Assembly (NCBI GenBank): GCA_036785375.1
Contig: JAWMAR010000061.1
Span: forward strand, 1,488,001 to 1,552,000
Origin: Leucoraja ocellata
Lineage: Eukaryota
Direction: 5' to 3'
Length of the DNA stretch: 64,000 nucleotides
Of this stretch, positions 24,679 through 38,570 are shown in pieces (within the stretch, counting starts at the first letter, position 1; every line of letters begins with the position of its first letter). The notes beneath the pieces are model-generated. The model did not search any database. It saw only the letters and a program-made list of their open reading frames with translations, and had not been told where the DNA came from. Both the position numbers and the translations under genes were made by a program.

Positions 24679-26911
24679 GGAACTCTTCACGCTATCTTGG
24701 AAAAGCAACTAACATAATCAATGTCTGAAGAAGGGGCTCGACCAGAAACGTCGCCCATTCCTTCTCTCCAGAGGTGCTGCCTGTCCCGCTGAGTTACTCC
24801 AGCATTCTCCTACCGATAACTATAATCAAAGACTTGTCCCACCCCAGTCATTCCTCCTCACACAGGTTGGCAGAAGGGGTTCGACCCAAAACGTCGCCCA
24901 TCCTTTTTCTCCAAAGATGCTGCCTGATCTGCAGAGTTACTCCAGCACTTTGTTTCTATCTTGGGCCGACCCTAACTGTTCCCGAATTAAAGTCTGGAAC
25001 AGCAGCACCAATGTAAAAGCCAGTAATCTGGGGTTTTCTAGTTTGTGCAAATTTCTTACTGATGTAACTTTGCTCACAAGGTTGTTGATCATCTCAAAGA
25101 AAATAGATTCAATGTGCGAACTGTGCAAATCTACATAAAGGGAGTTGAGCGATGGGTTTAAGGGATTTGAATAAACAGTTTGATTCAACAGTGCAGTACT
25201 TCATGCTTGTAGAATTTGTCTCAGAAAACTGGAGAAACATTCTGTGATACTACGAATATTAATGAAATGTCCAAATATTTTTTAGTCTGGGAGATTGCTA
25301 ACCACATTTCCTAGAATAAATACGGGATGTTAATAAAATCTGACATCAGGAGGTTGCAAAGTATCAAAATTTAGCAGCTGTTTACTTTGGCTTGATCTTT
25401 TAGTGTGTAGCTATGTGTGAACGCTATTGAGGAAGAGGAGCAGCGTTGGATAAGAGAGATGAGAGGCAACATAGAAACATAGAAATTAGGTGCAGGAGTA
25501 GGCCATTCGGCCCTTCGAGCCTGCACCGCCATTTAATATGATCATGGCTGATCATCCAACTCAGTATCCCGTACCTGCCTTTTCTCCATACCCTCTGATC
25601 CCCTTGGCCACAAGGGCCACATCTAACTCCCTCTTAAATATAGAAAAATTCTATAAGACACTGTCATTCATTTGGACCAGAAGAATATAAAAATGTGAGA
25701 AATAGGAGTGGACGTGCCTTTGGAAAGGAAGCCAGAGGGTGGTGAATCTGTGGAATTAATTGCCACAGACTAGTACCGACCAAGCCAAGTGGAGAGCGAT
25801 GGGTTCTTGATTAGTTAGGGTGTCAAAGGTTATGGGGAGAAGGCAGAAGAATAGGGTTGTGAGGGAAAAAATTGATCAACTATGATTGAATGGCAGCGGA
25901 GACTGGCTGAATGGCCTAGTTCTGCTCCTAGAAATATAGAAAATAGGTGCAGGAAGAGGCCATTCGGCCCTTCGAGCCAACACCGACATTCTTGTCTTGT
26001 CAACACCGCCATTCCTATGTCTTGTGAACTTATGAGTGAGCCATTAAGCCCCTCATCTGCTCTGACTAGGTGGTTTGATTAACACAGACTTTTTCTTTTC
26101 ACTGCCATGCAGAATTTGTCTATTTTCTGCATATGTTGTGTGTTTGAGTCTGACTGTGATGATGCTGCAAGTAAGATTTCCACGGTACCTGTACATCTCC
26201 GTACTTCTGGCTATGACAATAAACTCAACTTGCTTTTCATTAAGATCATGACCCTACCTTTCACCTCTGTCACTTTCCTGAACCAGCCTCCTATTTCTCA
26301 ATTACTTAATATCTAAAAATCGACCTGCCTGTCTTGAAGATACTCAGCAACTGGGCATCTTCAGCCTTCTAGTACCGAGAATTTCAAAGCCTCATTATCC
26401 TCTGGGTGAAAGAAGTTCTCTTCATTGCTGTCCTATACGGTTACCCTCTTATTTTGATGGATGGCCCGTGATTCTAGAAAACCCATCTGTGTCTCAGTCC
26501 TGTTGAGTATCGACTGCATATTTCAATGTGTTCTCCCCTCATATTTCTAAACTAGGGGGACAAGCAAACCCTTCTTAACCCATCCTCAGGATAGATCCAC
26601 CATCCCGGGAATCAAATTGGACAACTTTTTCCGTTATTCCTTCAAACATGTTCCGTCTGAAGAAGGGTCTCGACCGGAGACGTCACCCACTTTCTCTCCA
26701 GCGATGCTGCCTATCCCGCTGAGTTACTCCAGCATTTTGTGTCCATCTTCAAGTATATTCCTTGTTTTGGTTGGGTAATCAGATCCCTAAACGCACAATA
26801 TGATATCCAGATATGATGTCACCAGGGGCCTGTATAATTGTAGTAAAGCATTTCTTGACCGCTAATCCTTGTGTATTAAAAGATTAGAGGACGAGAGATT
26901 AAAGGATTTGG

Positions 26912-27225
26912 GAGTGGCACAGTGGCGCAGCGAGTAAAGCTGCTACATCCAACAAACGCGAAGCACCCAGGTTCAGCCCTGACCATGGGTGCTGTCTGCG
27001 TGGAGTTTGCACGTTCTCCCATTACTGGATTTTCCTCTTACATCCCAAAGATGTGTAGCTTGCTGGGTTAGTTGTCGTATATTGCCCTAGCGGGTAGTGG
27101 AATGTTAGAATATGGGGCGGTGAGGCAGCAGGGGAAATAAACATGGTGTTAATGTCAGATCAGTGTGAATGGATGGTGGTTGATAGGCAACATGTCTGTA
27201 GGTCGAAGGGCCTGTTTATATCCTC
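26912..27225 (+). mobile_element. Diverged tRNA-derived SINE
   Basis: GTGGCACAGTGGCGCAGCG head and GGAGTTTGCACGTTCTCCC core. Confidence 0.65.
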
Positions 27226-27632
27226 CACCTCTCTGATTCTAACATATAACATAATTTTCTAATTTTTGATGTACTTGTTAACTTTCATTTGTGTGTGTGT
27301 GTGAAAGCCCAACTTCCTCTGAATGCCAACACCTTTTAGTTTCAAAAGAAACATGCACTTTTTCATTTTTGTTTTGCCAAAATGGATGGCCTTGCTTTTC
27401 CTCAATATACTTCATTGAATGCCCTTGCCCATTCACCAAAGTGGTCTATCTTCGCCCTGAAGCCTCTCTGCATATTCCCCCCAATTGATGCTGCCTCTTG
27501 ATCTCTGGCAAACGTGTCCCCTTGATCTAAATCGCTGATGGGCCCCAACATCAATCCTTACTGCACCGTGCTAGAGCCTCCTAACCTGTAAAGAATCTAT
27601 TTATGTCTGTTGTTTTCTGACTATAAACTAAT

Positions 27633-27965
27633 AACCATATAACCATATGACAATTACAGCACGGAAACAGGCCATCTCGGCCCTTCTAGTCCGTGCCGAA
27701 TACTTACTCTCACCAGTCCCATCTATCTGCACTCAGACCATAACCCTCCATTCCTTTCCCGTCCATATACCTATCCAAAATATTTTTAAATGATAAAAAC
27801 GAGCCGGCCTTCACCACTTCCACTGGAAGCTCATTCCACACAGCTACCACTCTCTGAGTAAAGAAGTTCCTCCTCATGTTACCCCTAAACTTCTGTCCCT
27901 TAATTCTCAAATCATGTCCTCTTGGTTGAATCTTCCCTACTCTCAATGGAAAAAGCTTATCCACG
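27633..27965 (-). mobile_element. CR1-clade LINE 3' end (distinct subfamily)
   Basis: RGHDLRIKGQKFRGNMRRNFFTQRVVAVWNELP...FKNILDRYMD, with (TATGGTTA)n tail. Confidence 0.82.
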
Positions 27966-28842
27966 TCATCTTAATCTATAATCCACGCTAGTAAATTGCC
28001 TCCATTCCCATGTGCTCTTGTCTTATTTAATATCTTATCCTGTGGTAACTTATCTCAGGCATTTGGAGTCCATGTATATGTCATTACCACTCATCTCCCC
28101 ATGACAGCTCTGCCAGTTACAACCTTAAAAAAAAATTCCAAGTTTCGTCGAACATTTCCCTTTTGTAAATTCTTTGACAAATGTGATCTGTTACTAAGTG
28201 CCTCATTACCACTTCCTTCCTAGGGTTGAGAGTTTCCTGTACTATTCACGTCAGAGTAAATTGTCTGTGGTTCCCTCTTTTCTTTCCCCTCTCCTTTAAA
28301 GGATTACATTTTCTTCTTATTCCTTGGCAGTTATATGACTGTATGACTCTGGAAGTTATATGACTCTTTTTCATTCCCACCCTGTCCAAAGCCTTTGGCT
28401 GTAAGTCACTGGGTCCTGGGGATTTATCATCTTTAAATCACTTTAATTTCTTCTTTAAACAAATGTTAGTTTCTTTGATCTAATTCGTCGAAGACTTTAG
28501 TTAGCAATGCTTTCAGGAAGGTCGCTTCTCTCTTCCATGAAGACAAAGGCAGTGTTGATTTATTTTCTTTGGCATTTCCTCTCCCCTGATATATCCCGCT
28601 CTGTAAGGAACCCACACTGACATTTGCACATCTTCCTTTTGCCTTAAACTTAAGGTATTTGTTCACTTATTCGTATATAGTGTCGAAAGGAACTGCAGAT
28701 GCTGATTTATACTTAAGATAGACACAAAGTGCTGGAGTAACTCAGTGGGTCAGGCAGCATCTCTGCAGTATAAGGATGGGCGATGTTTCGGGTTGGGGGC
28801 CAAAGAAGCCCGCTGAGTTACTCCAGCACCATGTGTCTATGT

Positions 28843-29129
28843 TCATAGAAACATAAAAAACAGGTGCAGGAGTAGGCCATTCCGCACTTCGAACCTGCAC
28901 CGCAATTCAATATGATCATGGCTGATCATCCAACTCGGTATCCTGTACCTGCCTTCTCTCCATACCCCCAATCCCTTTAGCCACAAGGGCCACATTGAAC
29001 TCCCTCTTAAATATAGCCAATGAACTGGCCTCAACTACCTTCTGTGGCAGAGAATTCCACAGATTCACCACTCTGTGTGAAAAATGTTTTTCTCATCTCG
29101 GTCCAAAAAGACTTCCCCCTTATTCTTAT
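28843..29129 (-). mobile_element. CR1-clade LINE 3' end
   Basis: Matches 31654-31950. Confidence 0.82.
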
Positions 29130-30124
29130 ATTGTTTTCCCCTTTGATGTGTTTATTCTTCTTTGCTTGGGAATTAATTTTAATCATTTCATATCTCCGCA
29201 ATTTTATTCATAACATTTGCATCTTTATCCTCGGTCACTTTGAAACGGAGCTATGTAGTAAAGGGGATTAGAGATAAGCTGAAGCAAATAAGTGAAAAAC
29301 CATGGAAGCAATTGGAGGTGGTGTAAGACATCTAATGGTGGACGTTTAAAGTGAATTAACAAATGAATCTTTTCCGGTGGAGTTTTCGATACCTAAATAA
29401 GCTGTGTGACAACACTGGTATCCCTGTCTCCTCCGACTGGATTAATGATCGTAGCGCCAGGAAGTGCTACAGCAAATGTTTCCCATAGGAAGGTTATTAG
29501 GATCAAATAATTACAGAAATGAAACCAGGACAGCAATTTATTTACAGCGTTAAACACATAGGTCTTCAAAATGTTTAATGACTACTTTTGAAAGACTTAT
29601 CAAGAGGAGACTGGAGCATTTTAATCTACCTAATGTAGGGCAATTGAAATGGGATATCACTGAGGTTTCAATTCCCACAGTGACTGTAGCATAATTATTA
29701 ATTTGAATTACCTATTCATTTTGAGCTTGCACTTTAAATTCCAGCTGGTCTGTATACTGACAATACTATGGCTGTTCAACACTGCTAACATTGAGGGCTT
29801 TTATCCCCTTCAATTTTGAGGGGTTTGGCAGGCTCAGCATTTTTGTATACCAACTGGAAAAATCCACATGATTATTACTTGCAAAATGCAGGAGAGGAAG
29901 TTTTCCCTTTTTAGTAATTTTCCATTTACTAGAGGCAGTCCTTGTGATCAGCTACGTACCATGCCTGCAAAATATAGATTGCGACTGTGTGGGTGTCACT
30001 TGGGCTGCATGGAAGTTTACATTGGAATTGGAAACATTGCTTTCTGATGGGTGTCATTTATCTATATTCAAACAGTTTTGAAGCTGCGTCACTGTGTCGT
30101 CTCAATGGTGATACGTCTCCTGTA

Positions 30125-30560
30125 GATATAGACAATAAGTGCAGGAGTAGGCCATTTGGCCCTTCGAGCCAGCACCGCCATTCAATGTGATCATGGCTGA
30201 TCATCCCCAATCTGTACCCCGTATCTGCCTTCTCTGTGAATCTGTGGAATTCTCTGCCACAGAAGGTAGTTGAGGCCAGTTCATTGGCTAGATTTAAGAG
30301 GGAGTTAGATGTGGTCCTTATGGCTGAAGGGATCAGGGGGTATGGAGAGAAGGCCGGTATGGGATATTGATTTGGATGATCAGCCATGATCATATTGAAT
30401 GGCGGTGCAGGCTCGAAGGGCCGAATGGCTTACTCCTGCACCTATTTTCTATGTTTCTCCCCATATCCCTTAACTTCGCTATTTTTAAGAGCCCTATCTA
30501 CCCCTCTCTTGAAAGTATCCAGATAAACCTGCCTCCACCGCCCTCTGAGGCAGAAAATTC
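30125..30560. mobile_element. Nested CR1 3' ends: plus-strand copy (~30234-30455) inside a minus-strand copy
   Basis: The minus-strand 3' UTR is interrupted at TTCTC and resumes at ~30455. Confidence 0.72.
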
Positions 30561-30841
30561 CACATTTGTTGGTTCAATTACACAGGGTACACTTTGGATA
30601 CAATTTAATAAACAAAACTAAATATTGTTGTCGCATTTGGAAGGTAGATGTACCGTGGGGTTGCTGGGGGGGGTGGCTCTGCCAGGGTGGTCCTGGCTGT
30701 GCTGGGTGCTGCGCTGGCAGTGCCTAGGGCGTGTGTTGCCAGGGGTCTCAGCTGGTGCTGCCGGGCTGGCACTGGCAGTGCCGGGGGTTGAGAGACAGGA
30801 GTGGGTACAACTTTTCCAGCCAACAGGAAAGCTATGGACAA

Positions 30842-31023
30842 AAATGCTGGAGAAACTCAGCGGGTGAGGCAGCATCTATGGAGAGAAGGAAATAGGCAAC
30901 GTTTCGTCCCGAAACTTTGCCTATTTCCTTCGCTCCATAGATGCCGCCTCACCCGCTGAGTTTCTCCAACATTTTTGTCTACCTTCGATTTTCCAGCATC
31001 TGCAGTTCCTTCTTGAACAAGAT
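30842..31023 (+). mobile_element. Fold-back Penelope-terminus mini-element
   Basis: Inverted arms centred at ~30908. AGCTATGGACAA at 30830-30841 and 31024-31035. Confidence 0.78.
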
Positions 31024-31653
31024 AGCTATGGACAACAGCTCCTCTGTGCCGTAAAGCTCTCTGTGGTAGCTGTGGACCTCCTCCTTTGGAAAGATTCTTC
31101 TGATGTTTCTCGATGCAATACTCAGGGTGAGGTTAAGCTCCCTGGTGATTCAGGTGGCCATGAATGTCCCTTCAGTTCTCCTTGATCTTTATGGGTGATT
31201 CAGTCGCAGAATATTTCTTGCAACCTCGATTTTGTCTCCTTTGTGATTTTTCCTTTTGCTATTTTTTGCTGACGTTTTTTTTGTTGAAATACCTCTCTGT
31301 GTAACTCCTGTTTAAGCAGTGACCCCCCACAAACTCTACCCTTGTACATTACCAGAAATATGAAAGACCCATGTTTGTAAGCTTCCTTGGAAAGCCTGGT
31401 TCATCTTTGATCATTGAAATTAAGCCAAGTGACACGCAAGTGAAAAATGAGAAAAGGCCGCAGCTGAGATTGTGGGTTTGGCAACGAGACAATGACTCTC
31501 ATACCCTGAAATCTTGTCCAAAACCACCCTTCAGCAGCGACACAGCATTTGTCCACTGGGTCTTTCCTGAAGCTAGAATGAATTCAGCAGCTCAAAATAT
31601 GACTTGAACCCAATTGAACAGACTGCATATTGATGACTCCACCATGCCACCAA

Positions 31654-32194
31654 CATAGAAACATAGAAATTAGGTGCAGGAGTAGGCCATTCGGCCCTTC
31701 GAGCCTGCACCGCCATTCAATATGATCATGGCTGATCATCCAACTCAGTATCCCATCCCTGCCTTCTCTCCATACCCCCTGATCCCCTTAGCCACAAGGG
31801 CCACATCTAACTCCCTCTTAAATATAGCCAATGAACTGGCCTCAACTACCCTCTGTGGCAGAGAGTTCCAGAGATTCACCACTCTCTGTGTGAAAAAAGT
31901 TCTTCTCATCTCGGTTTTAAAGGATTTCCCCTTTATCCTTAAACTGTGACCCCTTGTCCTGGACTTCCCTAACATCGGGAACAATCTTCCTGCATCTAGC
32001 CTGTCCAACCCCTTAAGAATTTTGTAAGTTTCTATAAGATCCCCTCTCAATCTTCTAAATTCTAGAGAGTATAAACCAAGTCTATCCAGTCTTTCTTCAT
32101 AAGACAGTCCTGACATCCCAGGAATCAGTCTGGTGAACCTTCTCTGCACTCCCTCTATGGCAATAATGTCCTTCCTCAGATTTGGAGACCAAAA
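31654..32194 (-). mobile_element. CR1-clade LINE 3' end (young family)
   Basis: WSPNLRKDI.A.EGVQRRFTRLIPG..LSYEERL.RLGLYSLE.RRLRGDLIETYKI...FFTQRVVNLWNSLP, with (TTTCTATG)n tail. Confidence 0.92.
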
Positions 32195-32231
32195 ATGTCG
32201 ATGCTTTTCCTCCCCCAGATCTCCCTTCTGT

Positions 32232-32505
32232 ATTGGCATGGAAACAGGCCCTTCATCCCACCGAATCCACGCCAACCAGCAATCAAACGTACACTAACAC
32301 TATCCTACACACTCGGAATAATTCTACCGAAGCCAATTAACCTACAAATCTGTATGTCTTTGGAGTGTGGGAGGAAACCGGAGCTCTCGGAGAAAACCCA
32401 CGGGGTCACAGAGAGAACGTGCAAACTCTTTACAGGTAGCACCCGTAGTCAGGATCCAACCCGGGTCTCTGGCGCTGTAAGGCAGAAACTCTACCGCTGC
32501 GCCGC
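32232..32505 (-). mobile_element. tRNA-derived SINE
   Basis: Reverse copy of the SINE family. Confidence 0.78.
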
Positions 32506-33831
32506 ATGAAGGATGGGGTCATTTCTTTGCTCATTATCTGCTGAATCTTTGGAATTCTCCACCCAAGATTGATGTGGAGGTTTAGTCACACGAAGGTATT
32601 CATAATGGTATGCGAGTTTAAAAAAAAAATTAAAGGAATCAATGGATATGCTGGGAAGTCAGTCTACCATCAGCTATAATAGCGATGAAAGGCAGGGCAG
32701 CAATGAAGGGCTGAATGGCCAGCATAGGTGTTTCTTCTATTTTAGGTTCTTCATATAGTGAAAGGCATCTGGCAACATCTAATTCCCTTAGTATTAGTTA
32801 ATTTGGGGGAGGATGATGGTGATGGGGAGGGGGAGGTGGGACGAACAGCTGACTTTCACTTTGTATATAACCACGATAACTCGCTGTAAATCGAAACTGT
32901 TAAGTTGTTAATGACAGACATGAACAAAAGGTTGGAGGTTATTCTATTAATTTGAAATGTATAAATGCTGGAGGATTATGCAATTTATTCATTTCTGCTT
33001 CATAACTCTCGGCGAAATTGAACTCAATTAGCTGAAGCCATAAATATGTTAAATCTGCTATTTATTTTGGAACATTCAGTGTTTGAATTTGATCAGAATA
33101 AACTATCATCTAGTCCCCATAAATTCACTCAGCGGCGCAAGGAATCTAATTGCTTGGTTTACCTTTGATGGCCTTCCCAGAAAACCTTTCGGGGAAGTTT
33201 GAACAAAGCAAGCAATGAATTTTCTAAACTTGGATGCAATAAATTCCCCGTTTACTCTACATTCAGACTTGATGCAGCATCTAGCTGAAGGTGGATTGTT
33301 GCAGTGCAATTAAAATATAATTTCAGAGATCAAACCTTGTGGTTTGTTGCCTTTAATTTCTATAATATTCTGGCAACTTTCAACGCATTCATTCACGTCT
33401 TGGCTGTGTTTTGGTTGCAGCTTTATATTTTGTTTTAATTGGTGTGAAGATTGAGTACATCCTCAGAAAAGAATGGTGGAATTGTTCCATAGGTTACCCA
33501 ACCTATGAAGAGAAGTGCGAGGGTAGACAAAAGTGCTGGAGAAACCCAGCGGGTGCAGCAACATCTATGGAGCGAAGGAATTATATCAACGTTTCGGGCC
33601 GAAACCCTTCTTTAGACTGAGAAGTGCGAGTTCAGGTTTTGAATTCTGATGATAGGTCATCAACCTCAAATGTTTCTTTCTCCGTGGTGCTGTCTGCCTT
33701 GTCGAGAATTTTAATGTCCTTCATCTGCCACATTTTGCTTTTGACAAAGTTCTCATTCTTATTTCCATATCACAGTATGTGCCCATCATATGTTTCATTT
33801 CCTTCAATTCTCTGACCCGTGAAGATATTTA

Positions 33832-34115
33832 TGGCCCTGTCCCACTGTACGAGTTCATTCAAGTGCTCTCCCGAGTTTAAAAAAAAAATCAAACTCGTGG
33901 TAAGCACGGAGAATGAACGTAGCGGGTACGTCGGAGTTCGGGGACGTTTCTTAGCGGCTCGTAACGCTAACGGCAGGTAAGCTCGGGAAGACTCGTGACG
34001 TTTTTTCAACATGTTGAAAAATGTCCACGAGAGTCATGACCGTAAATCTCCGAGTTCAAATCAGGGCAAACTCGGGAGAACTCTTTGAATGAACTCGTAC
34101 AGTGGGACAGGGCTT
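33832..34115. mobile_element. MITE, second family with related TIR (PIF/Harbinger-like)
   Basis: GCCCTGTCCCACTGTACGAGTTCATTCAA...TTGAATGAACTCGTACAGTGGGACAGGGC, with TTA on both sides. Confidence 0.82.
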
Positions 34116-35624
34116 TTAGTGTTCATTTCATGTCTTCTGGTTATCTTTGAATGTATTCACTTCACCCTTGCAAGCTGTACCTCTCAATAAAGACATTGAA
34201 ATTACTTCATTGTTTTTAAACCTCCATCTCGCCTCTAAAATGTCTTTGGACAATCTCTTTTTGACTAAGCATTTTTCATCTACCCCAGCATGCACCTTAG
34301 TAAAATCAGCTTTGACTAAATCTTTTTATTCCAAATCTCTGTACTACACTTGAAGTGCAGGTGGTTTGAAGTAGGAATGACGGAAGCCATTTTGCACGTA
34401 GCAAGTTCTGATTCCTGTTCTTGTGCTGTACTCTTCTATGTTCTATGACCAAGTTTTGATTCTTTACCACGTTGAATTGATAGTGTGTCCCAAGAAATAT
34501 TTTGACTTGGGTGGTTTGCTTCATGTCTTCAGAATAGATTGTATTGTCTGATGGTGAGGCTATTGGTTTAGCCCTGATTATGTTCTGTGCCATAACTAAT
34601 AATAATAATAAATACTTTATTGATCCCCTCAGGGAAATTCAGATTTCCATAAGCCAACAACCAACAAGCCCACACATTCAGAACGAAAAATACATAAAAT
34701 ACAATATGGACAATACCTGAAAGCAATAAATACTAAAAAAAGACCCAATAATTAACCATTAAAAATGCAAAGCATCGCCAATACAGCCTAGCGGACAGCT
34801 TTGAGAAACGTAAAAACCTTAAAAATAGCGGAGTCGGGGGATATGGGGAGAAGGCAGGAACGGGGTACTGATTGGGGATGATCAGCCATGATCACATTGA
34901 ATGACGGTGCTGGCCTACTCCTGCACCTATTGTCTATTGTAAATTAATATGAATGTATTAGTATTTGCAAGTTCCCCCTGTGACCATGTGGGTTGCTTCT
35001 GGCTACCCTGATTTCCTCTTGCGTCGCAAAGATGTGTGGGTTGGTAAGTTAATTAGCCACTATAAATTTTCCCGTGTGTGGAGGTGAGTGGTAAACCTTG
35101 GGAAGGTGGGGGAGTTAATGAGTATGTGGGAGGAATATAAAGTGCGATTAACATAGGGTTAGTGTGAGAGGGTTCTTGAAGGTCACCGTTGACTCAGTGG
35201 GTGTATTTCATGCTGTACGTCTCTCTCTCTCTCTCTCTCCCTCTCTCTCTCTGTCTGTTGCTTGACTGTCATCGCCACCAACAAAATGCTGCCCACAGTT
35301 CATCTCCTCTGAGGTCTGCAACAGAACTGTGTCAACTCAAGTTCAAGTAGTGAAACATAGTCAAGTAGCGTTTTGGTTTATGAAACGCAGGGAGGTAGTA
35401 TCACAACTTTTAAGAAACAATTAGACAGCGACATGGATAGGACAGGTTTGGGGGGACGTGGGTCAAACACAGGCAGGTGAGACGAGTGTAGATGGTTGGT
35501 GTGGGCAAGTTGGTCCTGTTTCCACGCTGTAAGACTATTTCTTAAGATAGATGAATGACAAAAGAGATGAGCTGCTGCATAATAATAATCAGTAACTGGT
35601 TCAGAGGTCACCCAGAGAAATGAT

Positions 35625-35807
35625 GTTTAAGAAGGAACTGCGGATACTGGAAAATCGAAGGTACACAAAAATGCTGGAGAAACTCAGCGGGTGCAGCAGC
35701 ATCTATGGAGCGAAGGAAATAGGCAACGTTTCGGCCCGAAACGTTGCCTATTTCCTTCGCTCCATAGATGCTGCTGCACCCGCTGAGTTTCTCCGGCATT
35801 TTTGAGT
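35625..35807 (-). mobile_element. Fold-back Penelope-terminus mini-element with 15-bp TSD
   Basis: Inverted arms centred at ~35735. ACCCAGAGAAATGAT at 35610-35624 and 35808-35822. Confidence 0.85.
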
Positions 35808-36281
35808 ACCCAGAGAAATGATTGTGGAATTGACACCACTCTGAGTTCACCCTGCTTTAGGTCATCTCCTGCAAGTTGTCCACAGTGATACATGCGGATC
35901 CTGCTCACTTGCCTATTCATTCTGGCCCATGCTCATCTATCGCCCCAGCGCAGAGGGAGAAGAGGAGGGAAGAGACTGCAGACCTAAGACTTTTGCCTCC
36001 ATCACAGTGAGGAGATGCTGGGTGGACTCACTGTGGTGGATGTTAATATGTGTTTATTGTTGTTTTATTGTATGGTATTATATGTATGACTGCTGCAATT
36101 TCGTTCAGACTTCGGTCTGAATGACAATAAAAGGCTATCTATCTATCTAACATTAAAATTGCTGTAGTTACCGTGCAGAGGGATCTGATTTATGAGTCAC
36201 ACCTTGATGTTTTTTAATTTGAGATTAATCTGTCCATGAGCTGGCCTCTGTTGCAAAGCAGAGATCAGTGCTGACTCACTT

Positions 36282-36572
36282 AGACTTTAGACTTTACAGA
36301 GACAGTGTGTAAACAGGCCCACCGAGTCCCACGCCGGCCCATGACCACCTCGTACACTGATTTACGCATACGAGGGACAATTTTACATTTTGATGAAATC
36401 AAGTTAACCTATAAGTCATTGGAGTGTGTAAGGAAACCGGAGAACCCAGAGGAAACCCACACAGTCACATGGAGAGCGTACAAACTTCATTCAGACAGCA
36501 CCCATAGACAGGAACGAACCTGGGTCTCTGGCGCTGTAAGGCAGCAACTCTACCACTGCGCCACCATGCCAC
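36282..36572 (-). mobile_element. tRNA-derived SINE
   Basis: Reverse copy of the SINE family. Confidence 0.75.
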
Positions 36573-36975
36573 CCTCGGTGCCGTGACTCAGAATAGGTGT
36601 CTTAATTTTTGATGGTTTATTCAGTCTACTTTTCTCATATTTTGACTCTTTCCACCCCCCCCATCTGTAGTTTTATTCTCCACCTTTCCTTGATCGTCGT
36701 TGCTGGCTTTGATTTGTCCTCCTGCGTACCTTTCATTCATTTGTTCTTTGTATCTTTTCACATCTGCCATTTCCCTCTCGCCTGACTCTCTCAGTCTAAA
36801 GAAGTGCCTTGACCCAAAACATCACCTATTCCTTTTCCCCAGAGATGCTGCCTGACCCGCTGAGTTACTCAGTTTTTTTTCCTGTCTATCTTCTGGGTCC
36901 TTAATTGTCTGAAGAAGAGTCCCGACCTGAACCATCACCTATCCTTTTCCAGATGCTGCCTGGCTTGCTGAGTAA

Positions 36976-37183
36976 TGCCCCTGTCCCACTTATAGGAAAC
37001 CTGAACGGAAACCTCTGGAGACTTTGCGCCCCACCCAAGGTTTCCGTGCGGTTCCCGGAGGTTTTTGTCAGTCTCCCTACCCGCTTCCGCTACCTGCAAC
37101 CTCCGGGAACCGCATGGAAACCTTGGGTGGGGCGCAAAGTCTCCAGAGGTTTCCGTTCAGGTTTCTTAAGTGGGACAGGGACA
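36976..37183. mobile_element. MITE with long terminal inverted repeats (PIF/Harbinger-like)
   Basis: TGCCCCTGTCCCACTTA...TAAGTGGGACAGGGACA, with ~85-bp inverted arms flanked by TAA/TTA. Splits a GAGTTACTCC motif of an older element. Partial copies at 58557-58646 and 61112-61250. Confidence 0.85.
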
Positions 37184-37735
37184 TTACTCCAGCTCTTTGT
37201 GTCCATCCTTAATTGTCTTAGTGGGAGAGTGTAATTCAACAGTCATTAGAAATGATTTGAGGCTTTAGTCAAATTAATGTATGCAGCGAAGAAATATTCC
37301 ATGTAATTAATTGATAACTTTGGCAAAAAACCATCAGTGATTTATGGTTTGCATTTTGGTAATACATTCCTCACATGGAAAATGCATTAGTCTATCCCTT
37401 TATACTTCAATAGCTATCAGGTTTCATTGACCTCAAGAGACATGACATTTAACCTTTCTCCATGCTGAGTAAATTATTTTCACCAAAGCGCCATTTGTAT
37501 GACAGTTTTGTGCGGAGCAAAGGAATTGTTAAATGGTTGAACGCAGACTACTTCAGAATTGTAGCTGAATTTGCAGCTGTATGTTATCTCGGTACTTGGA
37601 CAATGTTTTCATTGAAAAGCCTTGAGGCAAGGTCCCAAATATTTCAGAACATCAATGAGAAAGAGAAACGATGGCTTTACCTTGTAGTTTCGGAAGTCTG
37701 CGGAAATAAATTCCATCATCTATTCAACAGTGATA

Positions 37736-38570
37736 GCCACGAAATGCTGGAATAACTCAGCGGGGCAGGCAGCATATCTGGGGAGAAGGAATGGGTGACG
37801 TTTTGGGTCGGGACCCTTCTTCAGACTCGAGGCAGAGGAAAGGGAAACGAGAGATATAGACGGCAATGTAGAGAGATAAAGAACAAGTGAATGAAAGATC
37901 TGCAAAAAAAGTTACGATGATAAAGGAAATATGCCATTCTTAGTGTTTGCTAGGTGAGAACAAGAAGCTGGTGTGATTTGGGTGGGGGAGGGATGGAGAG
38001 AGGGAGAGGGTAATGCAGGGGTTACTTGAAGTGAGCTAAATCAATATTCATACCACTGGGCTGTAAGCTGCCCAAGTGAAATATGAGATGCTGTTCCTCC
38101 AATTTGCGTTTAGCCTCACTCTGACAATGGAGGAGGCCTAGGACAGAAAGATCACTGTGGGAATGGGAAGGAGAATTAAAGTGTTTGGCAACTAGAGATC
38201 AGGTAGGTCCAGGCGGACTGAGCGAAGGTGTTCAGCGAAACGATCGCCCAGTCTACGTTTGGTCTCGCCGATGTACAAGAGTCCACATCTTGAACAACAG
38301 ATACAGTAGATGAGGTTGGAGGAGGGCAAGTGAACCTCTGCCTAACCTGAAAGGACAGTCGAGGGAGGAGGAATAGGGACATGTGTTTGATCTCCTGTGG
38401 TTGTTGGGGAAGACACCTGGGGAGGGGGTGGTTTGGGTGGGAAGGGATGAGTTAACCAGGGAATTGCGGAAGGAGCAGTCTCTGTGGAGGGCGGAAAGGG
38501 GTGGAGATGGGAAGTTGTGAATAATGGCAGGATACCGATGGAGGTGGCAAAATGTCGGAGGATGACTGAA
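37736..38570 (-). mobile_element. Penelope-like fragment (frameshifted GIY-YIG + 3' region + decayed hammerhead terminus)
   Basis: Minus-strand FQVRQRFTC and HNFPSPPLSA...RNSLV segments. Reverse hammerhead GTCTGAAGAAGGGTCCCGACCCAAAACGTC at ~37797-37826. Confidence 0.78.

Noticed and set aside
30605-30841. Pro/Ala-rich ORF in a GC-rich patch
   Set aside because: Low-complexity degenerate repeat starting inside a fold-back element; no assignable homology.
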